A stretch of 64,000 nt of DNA from an uncultured Desulfobacter sp. (GCA_963665095.1 OY762069.1:5856001-5920000), one strand, 5' to 3'. Shown: positions 9,459-20,189, numbered from the stretch's first letter. Translations and numbers: made by a program. The notes: a model not told the origin generated them from the letters alone.

Positions 9459-10847
9459 ATGATCACCCAAAGCCAGATCCACCACATCGTCGAGAACCAG
9501 CGCGCCTTTTTCAACGCCCATGCCACCCTGGGCCATGAGTTCAGGCTCAACGCCCTGAAAACCCTAAAGGATGGCGTTTGCCGCCATGAGCAACGCTTTC
9601 ATGACGCCCTCAAGGCCGATCTGGGCAAACCGGTCTATGAGTCCTTTATCACGGAAACCGGAATCATCCGCCATGACCTGACCCGAACCATGAAGTCCCT
9701 GAAGAAATGGATGGGCGTTAAATGGAAGATGACCCCCTTTTACCTTTTGCCCGGGATCAGCAAGGTACGCTACACCCCCCTGGGCGTAAACCTGATCATC
9801 GCGCCGTTCAACTATCCTATGCAGAGCACCTTTTCCCCGCTCATCGCAGCCATTGCCGCCGGCAACACCGCCGTGATCAAGACGTCGGAACTTACCCCCA
9901 ACGTGAGCCGGGTGATCCAGAATCTCATCGGCGACTGCTTCAGGCCCGAGCATGTGGCCTATGTGCCCGGTGAGGTGCCGGAAACCCAGATGCTCCTGAC
10001 CCAGAAATTCGACCATATCTTTTTTACGGGCTCCACCCGGGTGGGGGGAATTGTCCTTGAGGCCGCGGCCAGGCACCTGACGCCCGTGACCCTGGAACTG
10101 GGCGGCAAAAGCCCCTGCATCCTCCACAACGACGCCAACCTGGATACGGCGGTGCGGCGCATTGCCTACGGGAAGTTCCTCAATACGGGCCAGACCTGTG
10201 TGGCCCCGGATTATGTCCTGGTCCACCAGGATGCGGCGCAGCCCTTTATCGACAAGCTCAGGAAACGGATCCGAACCCTTTACGGAGACAACCCGTCCCA
10301 GAGCCCGGACTTCGGCCGCATCGTGAATGTGGCCCACCACCGCCGCCTGGTCTCCCTCATTGACCCGGAAAAGGTGGTCATCGGTGGGGACCATGACGAA
10401 GCATCCCTATACATCGGTCCCACGGTCATGACCAACGTGAGCCTGGATGATCCGGTGATGAAGGAGGAAATTTTCGGCCCGGTTCTGCCGGTGATGACCT
10501 TCCGAACCCTGGATCAGATCTACCAGACCATCGGGGCCCTGCCCCAGCATCCCCTGGCCCTCTACGTGTTCACCGAGAACCGGCAGATCCGGGATGAACT
10601 GGTCTCGCTGATCCCCTTTGGCGGGGGCTGCGTCAACCACTGCATCCAGCACCTGGCCAACCCCTACCTGCCCTTTGGCGGCCAGGGCGGCTCAGGCATG
10701 GGACATTACCACGGCTTTGACGGGTTCACGCAGTTTTCCCACAAAAAGGCCCTGTACCAGGCCCCCACCGCCTCCTGGCTGGACCTTCCCCTGATCTACC
10801 CGCCCTACAAGGGCAAACTCAAAATCATGAAGGCCATCTTCAGATAG
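9459..10847 (+). CDS. NAD(P)-dependent aldehyde dehydrogenase, class 3 (ALDH3/YwdH-like)
   Basis: IAPFNYP, FFTGS, LELGGKSP, GQTCVAPDY, EEIFGP, LPFGG..SGMGHYHG. Confidence 0.93.
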   Translation: MITQSQIHHIVENQRAFFNAHATLGHEFRLNALKTLKDGVCRHEQRFHDALKADLGKPVYESFITETGIIRHDLTRTMKSLKKWMGVKWKMTPFYLLPGISKVRYTPLGVNLIIAPFNYPMQSTFSPLIAAIAAGNTAVIKTSELTPNVSRVIQNLIGDCFRPEHVAYVPGEVPETQMLLTQKFDHIFFTGSTRVGGIVLEAAARHLTPVTLELGGKSPCILHNDANLDTAVRRIAYGKFLNTGQTCVAPDYVLVHQDAAQPFIDKLRKRIRTLYGDNPSQSPDFGRIVNVAHHRRLVSLIDPEKVVIGGDHDEASLYIGPTVMTNVSLDDPVMKEEIFGPVLPVMTFRTLDQIYQTIGALPQHPLALYVFTENRQIRDELVSLIPFGGGCVNHCIQHLANPYLPFGGQGGSGMGHYHGFDGFTQFSHKKALYQAPTASWLDLPLIYPPYKGKLKIMKAIFR

Positions 10848-11013
10848 CCAGGCTATCCCCCGGCCTCGGTAAGGTGGTTGTCCAAAGGGGGAATATTTTG
10901 GAGGGAAAGTCCTGTTATAACTCAGGGATGGATGGTGTGGGCCTGGGGTTGGGGCTCTCTGTTTCTAGGAGGTTTTTAAAGCTGTTTTGACATCCGTACT
11001 TTAGACGAACGTA

Positions 11014-11066
11014 TAGGATACCAGATTGGCTGCATTTTTATCGTATGTGCCCAATCTGGTATCCTA
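11014..11066. repeat. Perfect 16-bp inverted repeat (hairpin)
   Basis: TAGGATACCAGATTGG (11014-11029) / CCAATCTGGTATCCTA (11051-11066), between the convergent ALDH and resolvase genes. Confidence 0.8.
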
Positions 11067-11194
11067 ATTTTTGGGAGTTTCGTTTTTATGCCACGATATC
11101 CGGAATGTCATGGCCTGAGTCTTCCCCATTACCGGAAGAACTTGCTGAAAAAGAGTTCCCTGTTGAGTTTCGGCTTTCAAGATATCCTTCCCAT

Positions 11195-11600
11195 TTAAAT
11201 GGAATCTTTCACGCGTCCTGAAGCAGGGCACCATCGATAAAGCGTGGGAATTGAAACACCCAGGTTGTTTGCAACTTCCTTTGGCGGCATACCTTCAGAC
11301 AGAAGCTTTTTGGCGGCTTCAACTTTGCTTGGAGTCATAAGGCGCTTTCTGCCGCCCACACGACCGCGTTTTTTTGCAGAAGCTAATCCAGCTTTCGTCC
11401 TTTCAATAAGAAGTTCCCGCTCCATTTCAGCGAGAGAGGCCATTACATGAAAAAAGAACCTGCCTGCGGGTGTTGTTGTATTAATGCCATCGGTGATGCT
11501 TTGAAAATGAATATCTTCATAATCAAATTTTCCAACCATGCTTATCAATTCTTTTAAATTGCGTCCCAACCTGTCGAGGTTCAAGATCACAAAGGTATCG
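11195..11600 (-). pseudogene. Serine resolvase/invertase, 5'-truncated
   Basis: LDRLGRN, TTTPAGRFFFHVMASLAEMERELLIERT and a C-terminal HTH. The catalytic YARVS N-terminus is missing. Confidence 0.88.
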
Positions 11601-11652
11601 TCCGTGCGTAAATGTGAGAGGGCATTATCAGAAAGGATCGTTTTCGATAACC

Positions 11653-12140
11653 ATGAAATCCCGAGTCTATTCTCATGAACAGATTGTGAATGTGGCCCGG
11701 CTCCAACCGGAAAATATCGAGCAGATCAGAAGGCGAAGGCGTACCCACAACCGGCTCGGTTTCGGTTACCAGCTTTGCTTCGTTAGGTTGACGAACCGGT
11801 TTCCCGTACAAAAACCTTTTGAAATTTATGAGGACATCCTCTCGTTTGCCAGTGTGCAACTGGATATTCCGGCCAGCGCCATTGACACTTACGCCGGCCG
11901 CCAGCCGACCATATCGGAACACCAGGAGCAGATACGAGAATATCTTGGGCTGCGGCGTTTTGATGAAAATGAAATCCCCGAAATCAGCAAATTTGTATTT
12001 GAAGAAGCATGCCGCCTGGAGCAGACAGTGGCCCTGCTTGCCGGCATTGGCCGCTATCTCAGAGAGCACACTATCCTGAAGCCTTCGGATGACACACTTC
12101 GCAGGCTGATTGCCAAGCAAAGGCGGAAAGCCAAAAAGCC
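11653..12140 (+). pseudogene. Tn3-family transposase N-terminal (DUF4158-like) fragment
   Basis: RRRRTHNRLGFGYQLCFVRL..RQPTISEHQEQIREYLG; cut off at the ankyrin gene. Confidence 0.85.
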
Positions 12141-12166
12141 TATAAGATCCTATCCCTATTTTTTAA

Positions 12167-13234
12167 TCATTCAAGAAGACGTATCAGTTTGCTATTTTTT
12201 ATCTTTTTTGCATAGTCCAGAGCCGTTAAATTTTGATTTGTGCGAAGCTCTTTATTGATACCGCTATCCAATAAAAATTCTGCAATTTCATAAGTTTGAT
12301 GAGCGACTGCAAAATGGAGAGCTGATTCTCCGGTTTCACTTACTTTATTTATATTTACACCTGCTTCAACTAGGATTTTAACAAGAGGAAAAGATTTTTT
12401 CTGGATAGCCATAGCTAAAGCGCTTGCCTTTCCGAATGTCAGGTTAGGGTCCGCACCATTAGCTAAAAAAAGCTGAACTTCAGGGATTCTTCTATTATAG
12501 ATTGCATAGTGAACAGCATTGTATCCTTTATCGTTAGCTTCATTCATATTGGCTTTATATCGCAAAAGGGATGAAATGATATTCAAATAATCACTTTTAG
12601 GAACATTTTTTCGTTTTTGCAAAACAGCCCATATTAGAGAGGAATTCCCATTTTCATCCTTGTGATTTGGATCAGCACCGTTTTTTAAAAGAACTTCAAC
12701 AACACCTGAGTTCCCGTATTTTGTTGCCAATAACAGAGGAGACCATATTTTTGATCTGCTTTTACTGTCAGCATCTACCAAGGCCCCTTTGTCAATAAGA
12801 AGCTGGGCAATTTCAGGCAAATCCATTTCCGTATGAAAAGCAAGTTGTTGAAGAGGTTTAAAAGCACCTGCCTGAATATTAACATCTGCCCCACGTTCAA
12901 TCAGGAAACGAACCATCTCCAGATCACCTTTATTAAAAGCATCCCTTAAAGGATATAGATGATATTTTTTTGATATACAATTTACATTTGCGCCATTATC
13001 AATCAAAAATTTTACCAATTCAACATTGCCGCTTTCCACAGCATCGCGGAGAAGGCAATCCTCATTAATATTAAAATTCGGGTCCTGGGATAGAAACTCT
13101 TTAACTTTGCTTAGATCCCCATTGGACGCAGCCTTGTAGATATCATTCTGATATTTTTCAGCCAATGCTGCGCCGCCGCTAAACAAGATCATCAAAAAAA
13201 CAGCCCATATAGAAATTAGAAAGAATCTCTTCAC
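12167..13234 (-). CDS. Exported ankyrin-repeat protein
   Basis: Signal peptide (ALA-E) and many repeats (LIDNGANVN, LLKNGADPN, SALHFAV, TALDYA). Confidence 0.9.
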   Translation of the reverse strand: MKRFFLISIWAVFLMILFSGGAALAEKYQNDIYKAASNGDLSKVKEFLSQDPNFNINEDCLLRDAVESGNVELVKFLIDNGANVNCISKKYHLYPLRDAFNKGDLEMVRFLIERGADVNIQAGAFKPLQQLAFHTEMDLPEIAQLLIDKGALVDADSKSRSKIWSPLLLATKYGNSGVVEVLLKNGADPNHKDENGNSSLIWAVLQKRKNVPKSDYLNIISSLLRYKANMNEANDKGYNAVHYAIYNRRIPEVQLFLANGADPNLTFGKASALAMAIQKKSFPLVKILVEAGVNINKVSETGESALHFAVAHQTYEIAEFLLDSGINKELRTNQNLTALDYAKKIKNSKLIRLLE

Positions 13235-13248
13235 AATAAGTCTCCTTT

Positions 13249-13704
13249 TTACATATCATACTGCTTTAAGTTAAAACTGACGATTTCTCCGGATTTTTCA
13301 TCTTCAACCCAGACAGTCCCTTTCAAATATCCTCTGGGGGAATTAGCAGTATGAAAATTATGTTTCACCTTATAACCATGTCCTTTCTCCAGTTTAACAT
13401 TTAACTTAAACATACCCCCCTTATCTGATCCGGAATATAAAATGCTCAATGTGTGTCTTCCCGGCAGCAATGCTGCGCTTGCATAAATTTCTACCGGCGT
13501 TCCCTCAGCAGCAACAGTGGGATGGTCATTGGAGTCTATGCGCACTATTTTCAATGGTTTTTCCGGGCTGATAATGGCCAATAACTGAGCTGGTTTTTCC
13601 TGACCATTATATAGTTTAAGTTGTTTTTGAGCACTACAGCCACAACTTAATAACAAAATACATAATAATGAAAAGTGGACCAAAATTGTTGTTTTGGTAT
13701 TCAT
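13249..13704 (-). CDS. Hypothetical lipoprotein
   Basis: Hydrophobic N-terminus with a lipobox-like LLLSCGCS; RBS AGGAG; co-oriented with the ankyrin gene. Confidence 0.7.
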   Translation of the reverse strand: MNTKTTILVHFSLLCILLLSCGCSAQKQLKLYNGQEKPAQLLAIISPEKPLKIVRIDSNDHPTVAAEGTPVEIYASAALLPGRHTLSILYSGSDKGGMFKLNVKLEKGHGYKVKHNFHTANSPRGYLKGTVWVEDEKSGEIVSFNLKQYDM

Positions 13705-13932
13705 ATCAGCTCCTTTTATATAGCATTTCTATCCACTCGGTTGAATATTGTTCCCTTCTGACATAGAAATCGAATATCTGTAGGATAAGCGTTCTCTTCA
13801 TGTCAAGAAAAAAATATAAATGCGGCTACCCTGGTGTGAAAACCAAGTGATCCGGTGAGCTGTCCGGATGCCCGTTGATGCCCAGGACCTTTAAAAATTA
13901 TTTATAAGACAGGAAGGGCATTAAAATCCGGG

Positions 13933-15090
13933 GTAACTATTCAGCAAAAAAAAATGCATTTGATGTCATTTTCTCCTTGACAGGGGTTTTGGCGAAAAAT
14001 TTGAATTTTCGGTTTCATATACAAAACCCTTCATTGGGGAGGGTTATAACGGATATCATCAGATCCACTGGTTTTTAGCCGACAGATGAATGGCCAGCCA
14101 TATCCAAAATTTAAAAATGCGTAAAAACGCCTTTATGTTCGAAAAAAATTACCTCAAAAACCTGTGTTATAATATCTTCATTCAAATGACCGATGTTGAG
14201 GAAACGAATGAAGATAGAGTCCATAGACGTTGAGGCTGCAATAGAGAACACCAAAAAAACTGCTGGAAAATGACCCTGGCGTTTCCCCTGCTTTGAAAAG
14301 CGCCATAGAGATGTTGCTGGTATTAATCATTCTTATGATGAATCAACTGGGCCTCAACAGTCGTAACAGCAGCAAACCTCCTTCAACAGACCCTAACCGG
14401 GACAAGAAAAAGAAACCAACGGGAGACCGCAAAGTTGGAGGACAAAAAGGACATACCGGCACTACTCTGCAACAATTTGATTCCCCGGATTTTATTGAAG
14501 ATATCCCTTTGGACAGAAAAATTCTGCCGGAAGGGATGTACAAAGATGCAGGGTTTGAATCCAGACAGGTTGTCGATATTGATATTTCACGGATAGTAAC
14601 CGAATACAGGGCACAAATTCTTGAAGATGCCAATGGGAAAAAGTTCACGGCTCCATTCCCTGAAGGAGTCACCCGCCCGGTGCAATATAGCCTTAATGTG
14701 AAAGTCCATTCAGTCTATATGTCACAGTACCAATTGGTTCCGTATAGACGGATTGAAGAAGATTTTCAGGATCAGGTAAAGAGTCCTCATTTCAAGGGGG
14801 TTCTTTGCCATGATCATTGGAAACCATATTTCAAATTAGACTGCCAGCATGCCCTGTGTAATGCTCATCACCTCAGAGAACTGGAAAGAGCCTGGGAACA
14901 GGACAAATAATCATGGGCCTATCACCTATCAACTTGCAAAAAGCATGGAATGAGAGCAACCGAAGCGTTACGCTTATTGTTCCAAGGCAAACTGCCGGAT
15001 TTTATAGCTGAGTGATTCTTTTGCTTGTCAAAAAGAAAAAAGATTGTATCCCATTAAGTAATCTTGATGTTCATTGAACTGAATAGTTAC
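13933..15090 (+). mobile_element. IS66-family element remnant with internally deleted, frameshifted transposase
   Basis: 12-bp terminal inverted repeats GTAACTATTCAG / CTGAATAGTTAC; NSRNSSKPPSTD, GGQKGHTG, CHDHW, ALCNAHHLREL. No target duplication visible. Confidence 0.9.
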
Positions 15091-15459
15091 GTTCTCTTTT
15101 ACTTTGTCATAATAAGACCCGAAGATCTGGATATGCTCTTCTTCACTTGGGCCTCTGTGGGCACCGGTGGCGATGATGACGTTATAGTTGACCCGGCTTA
15201 AATCTTCAAAAATGAAATCCAGCACCTTTTTCGTCGGTGTGGGGCGTGTGGCATCATTGACAATGACCAGGACATTTTTGGCATCGCCCAGAAACTCTTT
15301 AAAGTTTCTGGAGTTGATGGGATTGGCAATGCCTTCGGCAATACACTTGTCTTTATTTCCGATTTCCACATCATTGGCTTCAAGAAAATTGACGGCCAGC
15401 TTGTCGTCCACGTCTACAGGCATGGATCCGTCCTTTCCGTAAGGGGCAGTAATTTTCAT
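15091..15459 (-). pseudogene. larA: Lactate racemase (LarA family) N-terminal fragment truncated by IS66
   Basis: VIVNDATRPTPT and IATGAHR motifs. The ORF reads into the IS end at 15090. Confidence 0.82.
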
Positions 15460-15477
15460 TAATTTCTCCTTATCCGA

Positions 15478-15960
15478 TTACCGAATCGGACCCATCTGGT
15501 TGAGCTTTTCAATAAAGGTATCTATTTCTGCCTGGAACAGGGTTTTGTCTCCGGCAGGAATTTGAACCAGGTGGATACGTTCGGGGTCAATATCCAGACT
15601 TTCAAAGGTCGCTGTCATTTTTGCCACCTGTTTTTTGCCTTTTCATTGCCTTCATCCTGGCATTCGCCATCCGGACAGCAGGCCACCAGGCCCCCCCCCA
15701 GGCACCGTTGATGAATGGGGTCATGAGAAGCTTGGAATCCAGGCGGCCGCCGCACATATTCACCAGGATCTCATAGTCCTTGTCATCGAGCTCCTCCTTT
15801 GAGGTGCCGAAGGTCTTGGGAATCACAGCCGCCTCAATGGGACAGACCTCCACACAGATGCCGCAGGACTGGCACTTCACCGGGTCTTGAAAAATAGCAG
15901 AATGGCCACACTGGCAACGCAGACTCCGGTTACCCAGGCGGCAAAGGGTTTGTCTGAATA
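15478..15960 (-). pseudogene. Ferredoxin + MvhD-type hydrogenase iron-sulfur subunit fragment (frameshifted)
   Basis: CQSCGICVEVCP, MCGGRLD, then in another frame ACCPDGEC..LDIDPERIHL..FIEKLNQMGPIR*. Confidence 0.75.
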
Positions 15961-15978
15961 TTCGGGGTTTCCCTGTTT

Positions 15979-17280
15979 TTATTGAACCGGCCATTCCAAT
16001 GTAAAACGGGCACCGCCCAGTGGTGAGGAACTTACCTTTGCACTTCCTTTATGCCACTGCATTATCCTTTTTACAATGGAGAGACCAAGCCCGTAACCGC
16101 CTGTCATACGACTTCTGCTGCCATCCAGCCTTACGAAAGGCTCAAAGATCTTCTCCCTTTTGTCTTCAGCAACACCCGGGCCGTCATCATCTATGTGCAC
16201 AACACAAAATTCATGGTGAAGCAGAACCGTGACTTCAATCTTTTCCTTTGAAAAACTCAACGCGTTTTGCACTAGATTCCCAACAGCCCTGGCCATTTGC
16301 TTGGGCTCATATTTGATGGGAGTTGATGCTGGATGAATATTGTACAAAAGCTCTATTGCAATGGTGGAGCCTTCAGGATTGTTTTCCCGGAGCAAATCTT
16401 TTAAAAAAGCATTGAGAGAAGCACAGACAAATGTCATCTCCGGCTTCTCCCTGTCAAACCGTGCATAGGTCAGCAATTCGCTGACCAGATCTTCGAGTTC
16501 CCCAATATCGGTGGCAAGCTCCATTTTATAACGGTCCTGCTTCTCTAAGCTTTCTGACCTGTGCAACATTTCCAGGCTGAATCGAAGCCTGGAAAGAGGC
16601 GTTCGCAACTCATGGGAAACTGCATTTGTTAATTCCTTATGCGAGTTGATCAATTGCTCTATGCGCTTGGCCATGGAATTGAACGACATTGAAACAGGAT
16701 ACAGGGAAGATCTTTTTGATATGTTTATACGCTCTGCCAGATTACCGCGGCCAAAGGCAGCTGTGCCTGCACCTATTTTTTTTACATTTCGCAGAAACGG
16801 CAACGTCCACAAAAAAGTGATCAAAGCAATGATAACAAGGGCGATTGCCCAAAAGACCAGGGCCAGATAGCCAAATTCCGGCTCTATTTCAGACAAAGGA
16901 CCGCTTTTCACAACAAAACCGCTGTTGCCTATCTGTTTGAACAAGAAGTCACCTTCCTCCACCACTGCTATTTCGCCATTTTTCAGCTCATCCACATGGT
17001 GATCGGCAATATCGAGATCTTCGAGTTTCAAAAGAGTCACCTGATACCCGAAGTTGGCCTGCAAATCTTTGAAGTGTTCCGGCCATTTTTCAATGGGCTG
17101 GTCGAGAAGCACCCGCTCCGTCAAATAATAGACTCCGCTGGCAAGCTCTTGGTTATATATTTTTATGCTTTCCTTGAAATGTCTTTTGATGAATTCTTGG
17201 AGAATGGGCATGGCCACAAACTGCAGTATCAAAAGAATAATAATGAAAAAAATGTAAGAATTTATAAACGCCCTCTTCAA
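15979..17280 (-). CDS. Sensor histidine kinase (RstB/ParS-like, HAMP-HisKA-HATPase)
   Basis: Two TM helices, AVSHELRTPL, NLVQNA, DDDGPG, GYGLGLSIV. Confidence 0.95.
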   Translation of the reverse strand: MKRAFINSYIFFIIILLILQFVAMPILQEFIKRHFKESIKIYNQELASGVYYLTERVLLDQPIEKWPEHFKDLQANFGYQVTLLKLEDLDIADHHVDELKNGEIAVVEEGDFLFKQIGNSGFVVKSGPLSEIEPEFGYLALVFWAIALVIIALITFLWTLPFLRNVKKIGAGTAAFGRGNLAERINISKRSSLYPVSMSFNSMAKRIEQLINSHKELTNAVSHELRTPLSRLRFSLEMLHRSESLEKQDRYKMELATDIGELEDLVSELLTYARFDREKPEMTFVCASLNAFLKDLLRENNPEGSTIAIELLYNIHPASTPIKYEPKQMARAVGNLVQNALSFSKEKIEVTVLLHHEFCVVHIDDDGPGVAEDKREKIFEPFVRLDGSRSRMTGGYGLGLSIVKRIMQWHKGSAKVSSSPLGGARFTLEWPVQ

Positions 17281-18005
17281 TCAACGTCTCCCCAGGCGTC
17301 ATCCACAAAAAGGTAGCCTTTCCCCCAAATGGTTTTTATTCTAAACGGCTTGGCGGAGTTATCACCTAATTTTTTTCGAAGACGGGATATGGAAATGTCA
17401 ATGGATCGATCCAATCCATCATAGGAGATCCCTTTTGTCTGGCGAAACAACGAATCCCGGTCTAAAATTTCACCTGAATTCACTGCAAGGTGCCACAAAA
17501 GTTCAAACTCATTGGTGGTAAGATCAATGGTTCTTTGATCCAAAGTTACCGTCTGGGAGGTTTTTTTAATGACCAGGGTTCCAAACTGCAGGGAATCGCC
17601 GCTACCCGTCTCTTTGGCCATCTCTTGACTGCCTGTGTTGAAACGCCTCAATAATGCCCGTATTCTGGCAAGAAGAACCCGGGGTTCAACCGGTTTTTTT
17701 ACATAATCATCTGCTCCGATTTCCAACCCCACAACCTGGTCCATATCATCTTCCCTGGCTGTAAGCATGAGAATCGGGCCGCTGTAATCCGGCCGAACCT
17801 CCCGGCAGACCTGGAAACCATCCATTCCAGGCAGCATAATGTCCAGGATAACAAGTGCAGGCAGATGGGTAATAATGGCCCTCTTCCCGGTATCACCTCT
17901 ATCCTCAACAAGTATCTCAAATCCTTGTTCGCTGAGATAGGCACTGATCAGTTTGGCCAGTCGCTCATCATCTTCCACGATCAATATGGTATGGGCTGAT
18001 TCCAT
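17277..18005 (-). CDS. OmpR-family response regulator (RstA/ParR-like)
   Basis: VEDD, LDIMLPGMDG, GADDYVKKP, winged helix (IKTIWGKGY); overlaps the kinase start. Confidence 0.95.
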   Translation of the reverse strand: MESAHTILIVEDDERLAKLISAYLSEQGFEILVEDRGDTGKRAIITHLPALVILDIMLPGMDGFQVCREVRPDYSGPILMLTAREDDMDQVVGLEIGADDYVKKPVEPRVLLARIRALLRRFNTGSQEMAKETGSGDSLQFGTLVIKKTSQTVTLDQRTIDLTTNEFELLWHLAVNSGEILDRDSLFRQTKGISYDGLDRSIDISISRLRKKLGDNSAKPFRIKTIWGKGYLFVDDAWGDVD

Positions 18006-18110
18006 GGATCTCCCCGCATCATCTATTTTCTGCCATTCCATCTCCTATACCAAAAAAAGCCACCAGAGTATACACATCCCAATAGAACATGAACCTGCCC
18101 ATTGGTCCAG

Positions 18111-18150
18111 GATAACAAATTATTACAATTTGAAACAAAATGAGGACAGA
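18111..18150 (+). promoter_or_regulatory. Putative response-regulator binding site, WACA repeats at 10-bp spacing
   Basis: AACA 18114, TACA 18124, AACA 18134, upstream of the OMP gene. Confidence 0.5.
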
Positions 18151-18253
18151 TTTATCAAATAAACAGCGCTATACATACCCTTAAGACTGCATCGGGGTGA
18201 ATACCGACCAGACCTTTTTACAAATAATATTAGCAATTAAAGGAGAGATGATC

Positions 18254-18907
18254 ATGAACATTGGGAAAAAAATGATTTACAGTTTTGCCATGCTGCTTTT
18301 CATGGGAACGACATACACCCAGGCCATGGCAGAAGATGCGCTGAAATATAAAAACTTTGCCCAGGTAAAACTGGGTTATTTTCAGCCCACAAGCGACATG
18401 GACGACGATGACTATGACCCGGGGGTTAACGGTTCCATAAGCTATAACAGGTACTTAACTAAAAATTTTATATTTGAAGTCGGGCTGACCGGATATGGAT
18501 CCGATGATACCAGGCGGGGTGTCAATGGAATCGCCGGCAGCTACAAGCAGGAGAATTGTTTAGCAGTAAGTGCCCTGGTAACCAATTTAAAAGGGGAAAT
18601 CGCAGTTGGTGACGCGGATCTTTATGCCGGAGCGGGCATAGGGTTATACACTGCCACCTTGTTCAGCGAGATTGAATCCTCAAGACTTGGCTCTTTTGAC
18701 AGAGATGAATCAGATACCGTAATGGGCGGACAATTTATTATCGGTGCCAGGTATAATATAACAAGCCGCTGGTTCGCAGGGGTTGAAGGCATATACAGAA
18801 TCACCGATAAAGTGGACATTGACAAGACGGTTATCGGGGTTCCGGTTGAGTATGCCGGGAACTTGAACGGATTTACAGTAACAGCAACCGCTGGTTTTCG
18901 TTTCTAA
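18254..18907 (+). CDS. Small outer-membrane beta-barrel protein (OmpW/OmpA-like)
   Basis: Signal peptide (AMA-E), amphipathic strands, C-terminal AGFRF. Confidence 0.85.
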   Translation: MNIGKKMIYSFAMLLFMGTTYTQAMAEDALKYKNFAQVKLGYFQPTSDMDDDDYDPGVNGSISYNRYLTKNFIFEVGLTGYGSDDTRRGVNGIAGSYKQENCLAVSALVTNLKGEIAVGDADLYAGAGIGLYTATLFSEIESSRLGSFDRDESDTVMGGQFIIGARYNITSRWFAGVEGIYRITDKVDIDKTVIGVPVEYAGNLNGFTVTATAGFRF

Positions 18908-18921
18908 GCCCACACAGCATT

Positions 18922-18965
18922 AAGACCGGATCAGTAAAATTCATATGAAAGGGTGATCCGGTCTT
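18922..18965 (+). terminator. Hairpin after the OMP gene, possible terminator
   Basis: AAGACCGGATCA / TGATCCGGTCTT 12-bp inverted repeat with a long loop. Confidence 0.45.
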
Positions 18966-19146
18966 CCTTAAAAAAACCATAGGCTTCCATTGGCTTGCCC
19001 TGAAGGTATATTCACGCCCGGGCATCTATGGAAGCTTTTTTACTGTGGCCCGGACAATTCATGCCCGGATATTTCACGAAGTTTTCTAGCTTCGGGGGCA
19101 GGGCACAGAGAGTGAAGCTGCCGCTGCTCCGCCGTGACCGGCCAGC

Positions 19147-19398
19147 TTAGTAAACCAATTGGGCATCAGAATCCAGGGCAAGCATGTTCAGGGTCCCGCC
19201 GGTGGTAATCTGGGCTCCGTCAATAAGATCCGATTCCTTAATATTGCGGTCTTCAATACACGGTTTGCATACCATCAGCTTTCCGCCCAGTTCCATATAA
19301 TCGGCAATGAGCTTAGTCAGCGGGGCAAAACCCCCTGTGGCGGGGACATGCTCGATATACCCCTTCTGGGCCAGGTACACGGCACTGCCCTGGAGAGC
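19147..19398 (-). pseudogene. DsrE-family sulfur relay protein, C-terminal fragment
   Basis: LQGSAVYLAQKG..GGKLMVCKPCIEDRNI..LIDGAQI; fused to unrelated sequence upstream. Confidence 0.75.
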
Positions 19399-19830
19399 AA
19401 CTGGTGAAATCCTTATTGTTCCGTATGTGGGTTTCCCGGATTCCCAAGCCCGCCAGGACTTTTCTGGGGATGTCGGATACACTGAGATACCGGCCGAAAA
19501 AGCAGGGGTCATGAAGGGTGACCTCAAGGCCGGCATTTTTAGATTCAAGGTTTAAGTATTCAAAATAGGGCGTTACCTCGAACCGGGATCCGCCTGTCTT
19601 GGGCAGGTATGGGTGCAAAGCCCGCAGTGCAGGCACTTCCACAGTTCATTGGCGTTGTCTAAGACGGCCTGCTTTGCTCCGATCTGGATATACCGGATCA
19701 TTCGTCTGGGAAAATTGTCGTTGACCAGGGGGCACACGGCGGCACAGGTGCCGCAGTTAAAACATTCCAGAGCGGTGTCCTGGCAATAGGGAGCCAGTTC
19801 CTGGGCAAAATCCAAATCAACACTTGTCAT
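19399..19830 (-). pseudogene. HdrC-like 4Fe-4S dicluster fragment joined to a CCG-domain (HdrB/D-like) fragment
   Basis: CFNCGTCAAVCP and CLHCGLCTHTCP, then VTLHDPCFFGRY in another frame. Confidence 0.78.
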
Positions 19831-19929
19831 GTCACACCTTCACTTTTTCCCGGGGTTGATTATCATTCCCGGACCTATGAGTTTATAAGAAAGTCTGTCA
19901 AATAAAGACGACTTTCGATCTTTATAATA

Positions 19930-20119
19930 GATGGTAATGCAGCTTGCGCAGTCCAGGGGTGGGGAAAACTTTGGAAAGCCGGATCATCTTGCCGCCGATG
20001 GATGCATCTTATTCCACGATCGCAACCTTGTATCCCTGGTCGCCAAGATCCAGGGCCGTCTGAAGCCCTGCGATTCCTGGGCCCACCACAAGGGTGTCAA
20101 ATTGTTGAATGGGGAGCAT
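19930..20119 (-). pseudogene. HdrA-like FAD subunit N-terminal fragment
   Basis: Manual translation after RBS AGGAGG: MLPIQQFDTLVVGPGIAGLQTALDLGDQGYKVAIVE*DASIGGKMIRLSKVFPT, frameshift, LDCASCIT. Confidence 0.82.
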
Positions 20120-20189
20120 GGTTCCTCCTGATAACCGTCATGGACCGTCTTTGATTGTCCAGCCAGGTATTGGTCCATAACAAAAAATA

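Noticed and set aside
9564..10394. Long antisense ORFs (here and at 6515..8065, 24570..25229, 41345..42729)
   Set aside because: They are shadow frames of well-supported genes and have no recognisable motifs.
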